From the NCBI GenBank assembly GCA_040285825.1, contig JAUPSS010000002.1:744001-808000 (forward strand): DNA of 64,000 bases, given 5' to 3'. Made by a program: the position numbers and the translations under genes. Source of the stretch: Eukaryota sp. TZLM1-RC. Taxonomy: Eukaryota > Protista > Metamonada: BaSk clade. Shown here in pieces: positions 35,082-46,314 of this stretch. The notes under the pieces were generated by a model. It was not told the DNA's origin, ran no database searches, and worked only from the letters and a program-made list of their open reading frames with translations. The stretch's first letter is position 1. Each line of letters opens with the position of its first letter.

Positions 35082-38000
35082 TTAGACCTTAAAACTTTTC
35101 AAATCACCCCAATTTTGACCTTTATTCAACGAAACTTCCAAAGGAACATTTAAAGACAACTTACTTTGTACATCAGTCATGGCCAATAGAGCATCCTTGG
35201 CATAGAGGTTACACAATGCTTGAGGCACTTCCATAAGAATTTCATCGTGAATGGTGAGAATAATACAGGCTTTACAATCATTTGATTCATTCAAAACAGT
35301 AATTCGCTCATAGACAGAAGCCAATGCTGTTTTAAATACTTCAGATGCAGATGATTGAATTCTAAAGTTGAGGGCTCGATGCATTCCATCCAATGGTGTG
35401 AACGAAAACTGTCTGTTGAGCAAAGAAGACACCATATTCTCTTGCTCAACTTGATATCTGGTAGTAGTAATCAAATCAGAAATTGCAGGAAACAGGTTGA
35501 GAAACTCTTCCTTCATTGATGCAGCTGATTCCAATGAAGAACTGGTAAGTACTTGAGAGAGCTTTTCGTTCCCCATTCCATAAATAAGAGCATAAACGAT
35601 TCTTTTGATTTCATCTCGGGATGCAGTAACCCCCTTTTGGGAGCATTGTAACCAACTCTGCTTCATGGCCTCAAAGATATCAGCACTACTCGAGAAAAGA
35701 GCAATAAATGAAAGAGCATTTTGTTTAGCTCGTGAATCACCAGTATTAAGAGCATCAGTGAGAGACAAATGAGCCATTAACCGTAGCTCAATTTGTCGAA
35801 AGTCTAGTGAAAGGAGGCAAAAACCATCCAAGGAGGAAGTAATAACTGACCGGCAATTGATTGAATCAACATCAAATCCTTCAAAATGACGTACTTTTGG
35901 GGTACTTTGGAGATTTGGGCAGATAGTGTGAACTCTTCCGGTTATGTTGTCAGTAAAAGCAAGAGAATAAGTCAAACGTGGTTCAGATGGCAGATTGGAT
36001 AAAGAAACACAAAAATCCTTCAAAGCTTCAAGAGTTTTGATCGATTTCATGGATTTGATTACACGAATGTCGACAGGGTCAGATTGACGTGATTGTAATC
36101 GTGATTCAATCAATTCAAGACTTTCTAAGTTGGTTGCACCATCCTCCAATCCAAGTTTGAGTTGTAAAAACTGTTTGAATCCTTGCGGGTTACAGGGATA
36201 ACTGGTTGAAGTGGTAAAGAAGTTGGTGAGGTTGAAGATGAGATTATTTACAGACTTATTAACTACGAACAGCTGATCTCTACTGATCTTAACTCCAAAT
36301 ATTCGAGAAGCAGTCAAAATTGCGGTACTTTTACACTCAATTTCTACTAAATTTTCCATCTTGTTAGTTTTAAATTGGTCGTTTAAGGCTGCATAAATCT
36401 CCAACATCAAACAGGAAATTCTATTTACAGTAGGAACTGCGGTATGACTAAATAAATGGCGTTCAATGTGTAACAAACGCTGACCCAACACAATTGAGTG
36501 GAGAGAAGTTGGAGCAGATTCTGAACTGCTGCTTCTTAATAAATTTGAGATTAAGACCAAGTCAAAAACAGGATTTTTAGTAAGGGTATTTAATAGTTGT
36601 GATCGACTACTTGGATAATGATTTAATATAAAATCCATGAATAAATCTGGTTTTTTGGGACTGGCTTTTTGGAAGTTAGAATTGCAATCACAAAAGGTGT
36701 AGAAATTAGAAGAAACCATTTGGTGAGATTTGGAAAGTAACATTTCCAGCAACATTTTATCAAATTCTAATTCCAAATCATTCCTATAATTCTGCTGCAA
36801 ATAACTAGATAACGTATACAGTTGAAATTCCCCATTTTCAGAAGGATATTTGAAAGATAAAGCTACATGAACGGCCTTGTTCATTAAGAAATCTGCATGA
36901 AATGACCATAACTTGGCAGTTTTCCAAAGAGAATAAAACTCAGATAATTGACTGAGTTCAAAATAATTGATAGTTGGTAACTTTCCTTCATTGTTTAAGT
37001 CGGTGGAATCTTCCATCAAATGAACATTGAGTGACGTCATTAGCTTAGCATCATTAATCAATGTTTTACAAAAGTTTAGTACAAACTCTTCAGAATCAAA
37101 TTCTGAAAAAACTTTACCATTGTTAAAAACTGAGACTAGCTCTGAAATATTCATCTGACTGACAATCAAAGGTGTAGTCACTCCGGCCGCAAACAAGACC
37201 TTAGCATGACGAACAGAGCAATGTTCAAGTCTGACCAACGGAAGAAGGTGCGAGGGTGCGGTAAACTGAATTCTTGGAAATAAAACTTTTAAAATACTTG
37301 ACAAATACTCGTTTTCTTGGGAGAATTGAATAAGCATTTTGGTTCTACGAACTAGAGTTCTGTGAAATTCTTCTATATCTCCTTGATAAATTTCAAATTG
37401 ACCGCCAGAATAATGATCAAAATCAATGATGGAAAATTTTGATTGAAGAGTATGATTAAGGTAAAAAACCAGGTCAGAATAGGATTTTCCTTCAATTAAA
37501 TAATTTGCTATAAGTGCATTGAAACATGATGAAATATTCCTTAAAATTTTCAAATATTCAATTCTCTTAACAACCTCTTGCGTCTCTGAATTAAGATCAA
37601 AATTAGGATCTTTTTCAAACAAAAAAGGGCCAAACTCTTTCCACTTGGTTAAAGCAGATAACGATCTTTTGTTACAAAGGAATTTGGTGTTGATGGTAGT
37701 TGGTAATAATGTTGACAGCGAAATCTTTCCACGGAATAAAAATTCCAAAACATTTAAATCAATAACTCCATTCAAAGGAATTCTAGAAAAAAACCAAAAA
37801 TCAGGCACTACCAACCTCAGCACATGAAAATCAGAACGCAGACTAAAGCCGCTATCAACATGTTCTTGCAACGAAAATCTTAATTGGTGGGCCTCAGAAG
37901 CGCTAATACCGACTTTATGAGTGCTGGACCCCTTTGTTGTAACAGAAAAGCTTGGAGGTGAGGTGAGATGGGAAGAAATGAAGTTGTTCGCTTCGAGGAA

Positions 38001-39887
38001 ATCAACTGCTTCACAAAACAGAGTAGCGAATTGGTTACTAGGAACAACTCTTCTGAGTAGGGAAAATTCTAACAAATTACGCAAGTCATCCCTTTGAGTT
38101 GCGATTCCAGTACAAATACCATCCAAAACAAGCTGACCAAGAGTGTCAAGAGAAGTCAATTGACTACTGAGCTCCTCACCGCTCTCATTGAGACTATTGT
38201 GGAACAAGTTAGAATCTTTTTCCAAAGAATTAAAACTAACCCCATAAACAAATCCATGATTAGAAATGCCAAACCTCCCACACCTTCCCGCCATCTGTTT
38301 AACATCAGAACCGCCAAGTTTAGATGTAATGGGGATAAACACCACGTCACAAGGAAGATTGACACCATAAGAAAGAGTAGATGTGGTGATTAAGCAACAA
38401 AGACCACCATCAGTAAATCCCTTTTCCATTATACTCTTAAAATCGTCTGGGAGAAGAGCATGGTGGAACCCAACACCTGCCAGAATGGAGTTCTTATTAA
38501 CCTGTTGTATTAAATTCTGCTGCTCTAAATGAGAAAGAACAAGTTCTGGGGATGATAGTGATGATTTACGAGGAGAATCGGAAGGAATTCCTTGGTAAGC
38601 ATTCAAAATCGTACTTAACTTATGAGAATATTTCCTAGTGTCATCTCTCCTTGTTACAAAAACAATAACCCTATGACCTTGCTCTAGATGCTCCTTTGCC
38701 TTATTGAATAAGGAATTAAATTCAACTATTCCAGTTGTAATTGGTAATGGTCTAAATGAAGACTGAACCAAAACGGCCTTTAACCAGGAAGAAAGGATGT
38801 CGGATTTGGTGAAAGTGGCCGATAAACCAATCACTGGAACCAAAGGAGTTTTGTTTTTGTTTATATTCATATATTGGTAATTTAGATACATAAGCTTTGT
38901 TAACACCAACTCAATGAACTGCCCCCTCCTTAAAGACACAGCATGCAACTCATCAACTACCACAGACAGAACTGATCCAATCCCTTCTTCTAATAACCAT
39001 TTATTTAACAAAGAATTAGCCAGCTCTTGAGTACAGATAACAACCTGATAACAACTCCTGGCTAGGAAAGCACTTGACCTTGACCCCCCGTGTATGGTTT
39101 GCACCCGAACACCAAGGGGTTCAACAAAGGGAAGAAGTGCTCGACAGTGCTGTTCGGCCAAAGCAACAAAAGGGACGATAAATAAGATACGCTTTCCAGA
39201 TAAGGTAGTGGAATTGAGTCTTTCTACCAATCTGCGCACTATCAAAAGATAAACAACCAAAGATTTACCGGCTGAGGTAGGAGCTTCGAATAATAGGGAG
39301 GATCCATTAAGGACCGAGCCATGGCGATCTGCTCCGAATAGAGCTTCAACTTGTGGTTCGAACAATGACGATATTCCTTTTGAGGAGAGATAAGTGATGA
39401 GGTATGAAGCAACATGAGGAGGAAAGAGTGTTGGTAGTACAGACTCAACGGAATGGTCAGAAGGGAAGCTGAGAGGAGAGGAAGGGGCGGGAACTGTATT
39501 TGTGAGTTGTTCATCGATAGATAATAGATTGAGAGGAACAAAGGTTTGAGATTCAGGTGAGGTGAAGAAGGTAGTTGAAAGGTCTATGAAGAGCTGTTTT
39601 GCTCCAGGACTAAAGAAGGAATCTGGAGAAAGAAAAGAAGGTTGATCGGGCCTAATGTTCTTGGGTGTGGTAAACTTTTTAGAAACTGGAACAATATGGG
39701 TAGGTACATCAGAATTAGGTTTGTGGATCGGAATTGGAGGAGAATCTTCATCATCAGAAAGTGCTCCGTGATGTACCTTTCTTGGTGTTTTGGTGACAGG
39801 GACATGAGCTGAGTCTGTATGAAGTCGTTTTCTAGACGAAATCAAGTGTAAACCACTTTTTGAAGGAACCTTGCGATTGTGTTTCAT
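35082..39887 (-). CDS. POLQ: DNA polymerase theta (SF2 helicase fused to a family A polymerase)
   Basis: APTSAGKS, VVVDELH, GLSAT, TSTLSYGVNLP, QMAGRCGR; polymerase motifs TGR..PNLQ, SLDFRQIELR, K.IVY..IYG, TIHDEI. Confidence 0.95.
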   Translation of the reverse strand: MKHNRKVPSKSGLHLISSRKRLHTDSAHVPVTKTPRKVHHGALSDDEDSPPIPIHKPNSDVPTHIVPVSKKFTTPKNIRPDQPSFLSPDSFFSPGAKQLFIDLSTTFFTSPESQTFVPLNLLSIDEQLTNTVPAPSSPLSFPSDHSVESVLPTLFPPHVASYLITYLSSKGISSLFEPQVEALFGADRHGSVLNGSSLLFEAPTSAGKSLVVYLLIVRRLVERLNSTTLSGKRILFIVPFVALAEQHCRALLPFVEPLGVRVQTIHGGSRSSAFLARSCYQVVICTQELANSLLNKWLLEEGIGSVLSVVVDELHAVSLRRGQFIELVLTKLMYLNYQYMNINKNKTPLVPVIGLSATFTKSDILSSWLKAVLVQSSFRPLPITTGIVEFNSLFNKAKEHLEQGHRVIVFVTRRDDTRKYSHKLSTILNAYQGIPSDSPRKSSLSSPELVLSHLEQQNLIQQVNKNSILAGVGFHHALLPDDFKSIMEKGFTDGGLCCLITTSTLSYGVNLPCDVVFIPITSKLGGSDVKQMAGRCGRFGISNHGFVYGVSFNSLEKDSNLFHNSLNESGEELSSQLTSLDTLGQLVLDGICTGIATQRDDLRNLLEFSLLRRVVPSNQFATLFCEAVDFLEANNFISSHLTSPPSFSVTTKGSSTHKVGISASEAHQLRFSLQEHVDSGFSLRSDFHVLRLVVPDFWFFSRIPLNGVIDLNVLEFLFRGKISLSTLLPTTINTKFLCNKRSLSALTKWKEFGPFLFEKDPNFDLNSETQEVVKRIEYLKILRNISSCFNALIANYLIEGKSYSDLVFYLNHTLQSKFSIIDFDHYSGGQFEIYQGDIEEFHRTLVRRTKMLIQFSQENEYLSSILKVLFPRIQFTAPSHLLPLVRLEHCSVRHAKVLFAAGVTTPLIVSQMNISELVSVFNNGKVFSEFDSEEFVLNFCKTLINDAKLMTSLNVHLMEDSTDLNNEGKLPTINYFELSQLSEFYSLWKTAKLWSFHADFLMNKAVHVALSFKYPSENGEFQLYTLSSYLQQNYRNDLELEFDKMLLEMLLSKSHQMVSSNFYTFCDCNSNFQKASPKKPDLFMDFILNHYPSSRSQLLNTLTKNPVFDLVLISNLLRSSSSESAPTSLHSIVLGQRLLHIERHLFSHTAVPTVNRISCLMLEIYAALNDQFKTNKMENLVEIECKSTAILTASRIFGVKISRDQLFVVNKSVNNLIFNLTNFFTTSTSYPCNPQGFKQFLQLKLGLEDGATNLESLELIESRLQSRQSDPVDIRVIKSMKSIKTLEALKDFCVSLSNLPSEPRLTYSLAFTDNITGRVHTICPNLQSTPKVRHFEGFDVDSINCRSVITSSLDGFCLLSLDFRQIELRLMAHLSLTDALNTGDSRAKQNALSFIALFSSSADIFEAMKQSWLQCSQKGVTASRDEIKRIVYALIYGMGNEKLSQVLTSSSLESAASMKEEFLNLFPAISDLITTTRYQVEQENMVSSLLNRQFSFTPLDGMHRALNFRIQSSASEVFKTALASVYERITVLNESNDCKACIILTIHDEILMEVPQALCNLYAKDALLAMTDVQSKLSLNVPLEVSLNKGQNWGDLKSFKV

Positions 39888-39919
39888 CACATATAGTTAA
39901 GATGAAGAGATAAGCAGAG

Positions 39920-40290
39920 AGTTATTTAGCAGTCATTGACAATAGCAATAGTGTTACACTTAAATAAAGGTTCTGAAAACAACAAACTTCAACTGTGTTG
40001 GTCTGGTTGAATAATAATCCCACAGCGGTATGGACTAAGTTACCCTCCAATTGTCTGAATCCCCCTGATTCTTTCAATATCTGTTGCTCCAATCGTGGAT
40101 CTTTCTGTGAACTCCCTCTGCTCATCAACCTTTGCCGCTCTCCTTCCATTAACTATTGACTGTGGCTACTTTCGCTGATCTTTTTCATTTTGTACTACAT
40201 TGTGTCACAATTTACTAAATCTTGCTAGCTGAAACACTTCTTTTACGAAGATTAGTCAACGAGTCGGTCTAGTGTGATAAAGTGGTCTCA
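39920..40290. repeat. Dispersed repeat X, second copy
   Basis: Matches 32844-33190; boundaries approximate. Confidence 0.6.
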
Positions 40291-40339
40291 GTGGACCTCT
40301 TTACGTGTAAAGAGAATTCTTCATCTCAACTTTGAACAT

Positions 40340-40750
40340 GTTTGCAAAAATTCTGCTGCTCGTTTAGTGTATTCCGCTGATTCGTCGTTATCTAACGCCG
40401 AAAAGAGGAAGATAAAAAAATATGAAGAACCTTTGGCACAGTTAGGTAGAGTGGAACATGTGAAATATCAGTTTGTGCCGTTTGCAATTTCTCTTTTTGG
40501 CAATATTGGACCTTCAGGGATCCACTTTTTTGAAAATTTCAAAAAGTGTTACTGAATAGGTCTGGTAAAACAATGAACTCCACTTTCTGGTTAAAGTCTA
40601 TTCCAACAATGATTTCAAAGGCACTTTTAGCTATTGGTGTAGAATATGAACGCAATGCTTTGAGTAGGTTTAGTAATAGTGACGCTTGTTTGGAGGATAT
40701 TGAATTCTAGATAGATTTTTTTTATCTCAATAAATATTCCAGTTAAAAAA
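40340..40750 (+). mobile_element. CRE-like non-LTR copy C, severely 5'-truncated, with a 12-bp TSD
   Basis: AACTTTGAACAT at 40328-40339 and 40751-40762; A-tail; near-identical to the 3' ends of copies A and B. Confidence 0.92.
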
Positions 40751-41059
40751 AACTTTGAACATCTTTTTATAAATCTTTGTTCGAGGATTTTGTCCCAGAA
40801 ATTTCAGACAAAATGAACTCATTGAATCTACAAACACCCTAGTTTAAACAAACAACTGAACAGCTGATGTGACTTACCACAACTTCATCAAATTTCACAT
40901 CAAATAACTATTTTTAGGAAAGAAAATGATTAAAGCAGGTCCAGTCTCCATTATAAATGTGTCTATTTAGCCTCTTGTGCATGTATTATTGTTTTGTGGA
41001 TGTAAGAAGTTGAAAATAAACATAATTTTAAAGTGACTGAAACTCAAAAATCAATCATT

Positions 41060-42449
41060 TCTGATTGTCTGTGCACCTTCTACTTCCAGTAAGGTCTGTG
41101 AAGTCATGGGCACGTGCCTGTTCTCTTCATCAATTCTTTAAGCAGCCAGTAAGTGATTATACTGATGCAGCTGACCAAAGTGACCTCCATGGCTCACCTC
41201 AGCAGTTTGCTGGCCAGAGTTTTTGCTGTGCGCTTCCCTGAAGACAGTCATTTCCTGACTCAGCATCAATTCTAGATCCAGTGTCTTGACTTTATGGCAG
41301 TCTCTAAGCCAAAAATCAGACAACCATTCAACAGGCCTGGCAAAGGCCATGTGTATGAGAAGCTCCAGCGAATCTCTACTTCATGGCCGTTTGCTGTCTT
41401 GTTCATGTCAAGAAAAGGTCGTAATCGTGCGGCCTACCCACAAGTAGGCATGTCCAACAACTAGTGGATGCAATGTGTCGCAAGCCAATTCTCTGCAAGC
41501 CAAGGTTGAACGGCCAAGACCTCGCCAGAAAACGAAAGCTACTGAGTGGCAGGCACCTGATGATGAAACGAAAATGGTGTTCTGGGTCATCGACTTCAAC
41601 CACTCAAATCTATGTGGTTCCAGCATTGAAACACGTGCAGGGCCGACCGTATCCAATATCTTCTTGGCACCAAAGCAACGAAAAATCAATCACTCCGCTC
41701 CACTGACCCACTCATCAATAGATGTTTATGACGTGCAGAAATTGAACCATTATCTGCTTGAAATATCAACTATCGGTGACTATAAGGACTATGAAGGTAA
41801 TAACGTGAGACGATCATTGCTAAAGCAGCAATTATATCTGAGTGCTCGAAAAGCATTGAGGAGAAACACATTTGAATTCTTTATAAGAAAACAGAAAAGA
41901 TTTAGCTCCATTATCAACAAAGTGAAAAAATTTGCAAACGGTCGAGAAGTAAAGGTGTGGTTTGGCAATGGAGGTGGTAGTACATCACGACAAAAAGTGA
42001 AAACACCCACATAAGGCGTTTCTCAAGTTGTTACAATGTTCATTTGCTAATGTGAAGATCGGAGATGAATATATGACATCTGCAAAGATGAACTGCTGCA
42101 AGATGCTACACCAAAAGATCTATCGAGAAGTTGATGGTGAAGTTAAAGTTCACAACGCCTAATTCAGTTGTCCGGAATGTAATCAAGTTTGGTCTAGAGA
42201 CATTTCTACATCACTAAATCAGCTAGAAATTGCAATTAGTGAGCACTACTATGGAACAAGACCAGAAGCGTTCCAGAGACCACAAAGAAACTAGCTTCAA
42301 AGCTACGTATTGTTCTAGAGGAGAAATGGGCTCACTGAGATTGGTGGCCAATTATTCGAGGATTCTAGAACATCTGTGGACGATCTCTCCAAGGATCAAA
42401 GTTCTTGTAATAAGTTTGAATGATGCTTGAAGAAAGTATGGATTTCAAA
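41060..42449 (+). mobile_element. Fanzor A-related copy A3 (divergent subfamily; internally deleted pseudogene with a structured 3' tail)
   Basis: N-terminal VKSWARACSLHQF..KVTSMAHLSSLLA resembles the 58363 ORF. RuvC-I WVIDFN, VWFGNGG, DEYMTS, NCC, CPEC, WSRDISTSLN, RPEAF; stop at 42294. Stem TGTTCTAGA(42311)/TCTAGAACA(42364). Confidence 0.85.
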
Positions 42450-42465
42450 TAAAACTACAGACCTA

Positions 42466-45400
42466 ATGGACGATCTTGATGTCAGTAGAGCATCTGAGGT
42501 CTCGCACTACTTTGCACATGATGACTCTCTTTCGCTGGGTCAACTACTATCTCCACCAACACCTTACCATCATCAGCCACCTTTATCACGTTCCTTGCTC
42601 TCTTCTCCTGAAGAAGATGTTACCCAAACCATATCATTCTACAGAACTGCCCTCATTTTCCACTCCCATCGACTCTGTCGTCACTTCTTCCGTGAATGGT
42701 TAGCTGCCTCTGAAACCCAATCTAAGCAAGACTTTTACCTACTATCCGCTGCGTATAACCTCTACCGTTCAGCCTTACTCAGAAAAGGGTTGGCTGTGTT
42801 CTATTTCAACAGAAAGAAGCAAATTCTTCGTAAGACATCGAGGGCTCTTTTTGTGCATAGACTAGTAAGTAACTGTTTCTATTTATGGAAACATCATCAT
42901 CAATCAATCATGATTGAAAAGGAGAAAGCTTTACGGCAAGAACAGGCTGTTTTGTCAATTAATTTTTATGCTGAAGTTTTAAAAAGATTCTCTTTTCTGC
43001 AATGGAGGAAATCCTTTATTTTCAGTGAAAAGGTTTACTCAATTACTCACTTTACCAAAACTAAAATTTTAGGACGGTTTTTTATTTTGTTGGCTAAAAA
43101 TAGGTCTATTGAGGTCTATAAAAGAAATTTAATTCAAGGTGCCCAACGTTTTAGATTTAAAAAACTTTGGAACATGTATTTTAATGAATGGAAAAGGAGA
43201 GCTTTTATAATAGTTGCCTTGAGGAGAATCAATTCTGTATTATTTTATGACAATTTATCATTTTATTTCTCTGTTTTTTTAGAGAATGTAATTAATTCTC
43301 AAAAACTAGAAGAACAGTTAATTAATTTCAGGTCAGTTAAAAATACATTCCTTTTAGGTAGCTTTTTTCGCAATTGGTCCCTTAATACCACCAATAAGCT
43401 TTTGTTAAGAGTTTCCCAAAATCACTTTTTAAGGAAACTTAACTTGAAATACCTCGATAAATCCTTCTCTCCGTGGCTCAACAAAGCTAAGGCAAAGTCT
43501 GCTCTGAATAAGCACGTTGATTTTTTCTTTGCTAGAAGAGAAGTTATACTCATGAAAACCATGTTGAGTAGTTGGCGGTTTTCTCTTAAACTGGTTGGAT
43601 TAAACAACAATTCAAATGTAATTATGGAAAACAAAAACTTTGAGTTAATGTCCAACAGTTTTGTCTGTTGGTTCAACAATTACAAATACCAGAAATCTGC
43701 CAATTTGTTTAATCAAATTCTACTAAAAAGGAAATTTCTCCGTTTAATTTCTGAAAAATCTTTGATTTGGAGTCGAGTTGTTTCTTCAGCTCTACTGTTT
43801 AGTAGGAAAGTTAACCAAAAGATGCTACACAGGCATTTTTGTGGGTGGCATTGGGGTTTTTCTTTAACTCTTTCCAATAACAGATTAATGAAGTTATTCG
43901 ATAGAGATATCCAAAAATTTTACTTTGATAATTGGAAGTCTATTCTTTTTCAAGTTCATAATCAGACTCAAAACGCTCAGGAATTCTTTATTTTTTCCAA
44001 AAAACGTGATGCATTTACTCAACTTGTTAACACTTTTTCTTTTCTATGTGAACAACATGAGAGGGCACTACTTTGTTTTAACTCAAGTATTATTTCTAGA
44101 TTTTTGATTCGTTTTAAAAATTGTTATTTAATTTCAATTGAATTAAAATCTAGTTATTCAGTTTTCAAGTGTAATTTGGAAAACCGTATACTTCACCAAT
44201 GCTTTTCTCAGTGGTTGTTATCCCACAAGGTCGTTGGTTTTCAATTTTGTTTATTTGATGAAATAGTAAGTCAATGTTTTCAAAAGTTAAGAAATAATCT
44301 GCTCACAAGTCGTTGCAATCATTTTTCCAATCAAAAGTCAGGAATTTTGTTGAATTTTTCTCTCGACACGTGGAAAAAACGTGCTGATGATGTAATAATT
44401 GCTGACAATTTATATTTCAAAAAACATTTAAAAAATTTCCTTTTCAAATGGATGCAATTATTAATTAACAACATTGAAAAGAAGGAAGTTTCCAGAACTG
44501 TTGATTTAATGATTGAATACAGACTGAAAACCTTAAAATCAGCTTGTTTGGTTGCTTTGAAAAGAAACGCTGAAAAAAATAAAAGATTGCTCCCAATGGA
44601 ACGATACTTTGTAATCACCAATCAAAAAAGATTGATTAGTTCTTTGTTTATCAAGTGGTTTGGGCTTGGACAGGGCTCTAGATGTACAAAAGCCCTCACT
44701 ACTTTTAATTTTATCAAATCTTATTTTCGTGTTTGGCAACGTGGAACTGAAAAATCTATAAAGGTCAAGGATATTCAACAGCAAGTCACTTCATCAGATC
44801 AAAAAGCATTGATGGCTTATTGTTTTTCTGAGTGGAATTCCCAATTATCTAGCATAACTCGACTTTACCAAATTTTGGATCAATTCATTAATTCAAAGGC
44901 TATTGCCATGACTATTTATTCATTTAGAATGTGGAAACATGGATTCTTTACTAGGATTAAGTACAAAAGAGCAATGGCCATTTATTTAATGAATTTAAAG
45001 TTGAAATATTACTCTGGCTGGAAAGGTTTTGTTTTGTCTTGTCAAAATATGGAATTTAGAAGTACAAGATCATTACAATCAAAGTTGATCGATTTAAAAT
45101 CAACTGCCTTCACTAATTGGAAGATAAGGTCATTTCAAAAAACATCTGAACGAAATTTGATACAACGAAATCTTTATTTGTTGGGACAGTACTTTGTCCA
45201 ATGGAACTACAACCATCGTCTATTTGCATTTTCCCTGCACCTTGAAACTATGTACAACAGACATTTATGTGAAAATTTTTTAAAATTTTGGTTAATGGTT
45301 TGTGCTCTCAACTCAGTAGAACGAAATTTTAGAAATCAGAGTAATCAACTTTTGATTAGACAGTCATTTTGTGATTGGAAGGGATTTTACCTTCGAAATA

Positions 45401-46203
45401 AGTTTGATATCTTTATGAAACAGCACTATTTTTCTCTGTTCAAATCACAATTTGGCATCAAAGTGTATTTGTTTGAATTTCAAGAGCATTTAGCAAATAA
45501 TTCACTGCATAGAACCTTTTCTTTCTGGAAAACTGCTTTTTATGCTATGCTAATCACGAAAAACCACAATGTTTTCACGCTAAAGTCAAGTTTTAATCTA
45601 TGGAAAGCCAATTGGAACCACTTTTTAAAGAAACAACAAGTAAAAACCACTTTGCAAACTATTGCTGACAGATTTGCTTCTCTTACTCTTCAAAAAAATG
45701 TTTTTTATTATTGGATTGATTTAAAAAAGAAATTAATCAAGAGTTTAATGAAAAGATCTTTTAAAGCTTGGCGAAACACTCGTAAATTGAAGCATTATTA
45801 CCATTTGAAGGTACAAGAAGAATTTCAACGACGTTACGAGCACAGAGTTCTCAAATATATCTTTAAAGAAAATTGGCTTAAACCTTTAAGAGTAAAGAAA
45901 GTTACTTTTATTGTACAACAGAATCACCAAGAAAACACTCAGCATTGGTATTTTTCTTTGTGGGTGGACATGATGAATGAACGAAAAAGATATGCTCTTG
46001 CCAATGAGTATTATTTACGTAGAATTTCTTCACTACTTTTGTTCAACTGGAGAATATTGGTGCAAAAATCTAAAAGAACTTCTGTATTAAAGGACAAAAA
46101 AAGACGCCACTGGACCCCAAAGAAGCTCCGTGATTTAAGCTCAACTCCAGAACATTCTCCAAAACGAAAAGGAAAAGGACTTTCAATATCTGAGATTTTC
46201 TAA
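42466..46203 (+). CDS. Sfi1-like centrin-binding repeat protein
   Basis: ~1245 aa with dozens of periodic L...F..W(K/R) repeats; likely ATG 42466. Confidence 0.75.
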   Translation: MDDLDVSRASEVSHYFAHDDSLSLGQLLSPPTPYHHQPPLSRSLLSSPEEDVTQTISFYRTALIFHSHRLCRHFFREWLAASETQSKQDFYLLSAAYNLYRSALLRKGLAVFYFNRKKQILRKTSRALFVHRLVSNCFYLWKHHHQSIMIEKEKALRQEQAVLSINFYAEVLKRFSFLQWRKSFIFSEKVYSITHFTKTKILGRFFILLAKNRSIEVYKRNLIQGAQRFRFKKLWNMYFNEWKRRAFIIVALRRINSVLFYDNLSFYFSVFLENVINSQKLEEQLINFRSVKNTFLLGSFFRNWSLNTTNKLLLRVSQNHFLRKLNLKYLDKSFSPWLNKAKAKSALNKHVDFFFARREVILMKTMLSSWRFSLKLVGLNNNSNVIMENKNFELMSNSFVCWFNNYKYQKSANLFNQILLKRKFLRLISEKSLIWSRVVSSALLFSRKVNQKMLHRHFCGWHWGFSLTLSNNRLMKLFDRDIQKFYFDNWKSILFQVHNQTQNAQEFFIFSKKRDAFTQLVNTFSFLCEQHERALLCFNSSIISRFLIRFKNCYLISIELKSSYSVFKCNLENRILHQCFSQWLLSHKVVGFQFCLFDEIVSQCFQKLRNNLLTSRCNHFSNQKSGILLNFSLDTWKKRADDVIIADNLYFKKHLKNFLFKWMQLLINNIEKKEVSRTVDLMIEYRLKTLKSACLVALKRNAEKNKRLLPMERYFVITNQKRLISSLFIKWFGLGQGSRCTKALTTFNFIKSYFRVWQRGTEKSIKVKDIQQQVTSSDQKALMAYCFSEWNSQLSSITRLYQILDQFINSKAIAMTIYSFRMWKHGFFTRIKYKRAMAIYLMNLKLKYYSGWKGFVLSCQNMEFRSTRSLQSKLIDLKSTAFTNWKIRSFQKTSERNLIQRNLYLLGQYFVQWNYNHRLFAFSLHLETMYNRHLCENFLKFWLMVCALNSVERNFRNQSNQLLIRQSFCDWKGFYLRNKFDIFMKQHYFSLFKSQFGIKVYLFEFQEHLANNSLHRTFSFWKTAFYAMLITKNHNVFTLKSSFNLWKANWNHFLKKQQVKTTLQTIADRFASLTLQKNVFYYWIDLKKKLIKSLMKRSFKAWRNTRKLKHYYHLKVQEEFQRRYEHRVLKYIFKENWLKPLRVKKVTFIVQQNHQENTQHWYFSLWVDMMNERKRYALANEYYLRRISSLLLFNWRILVQKSKRTSVLKDKKRRHWTPKKLRDLSSTPEHSPKRKGKGLSISEIF

Positions 46204-46314
46204 TAATCATTCATTAATTTATGATTTGCTGTTTTCGAATCAATTGATTGTAAAATAAAAACTATTGTACAACGATAAACATTTATTTCAAGAAAAAACA
46301 ATTTGCAAAAGAAT

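Noticed and set aside
32870-40200. Recurrent in-frame TAG in repeat X suggesting stop-codon reassignment
   Set aside because: NOL6, ARL3 and SF3B5 terminate at TAG at the expected positions, and X is not shown to be coding.
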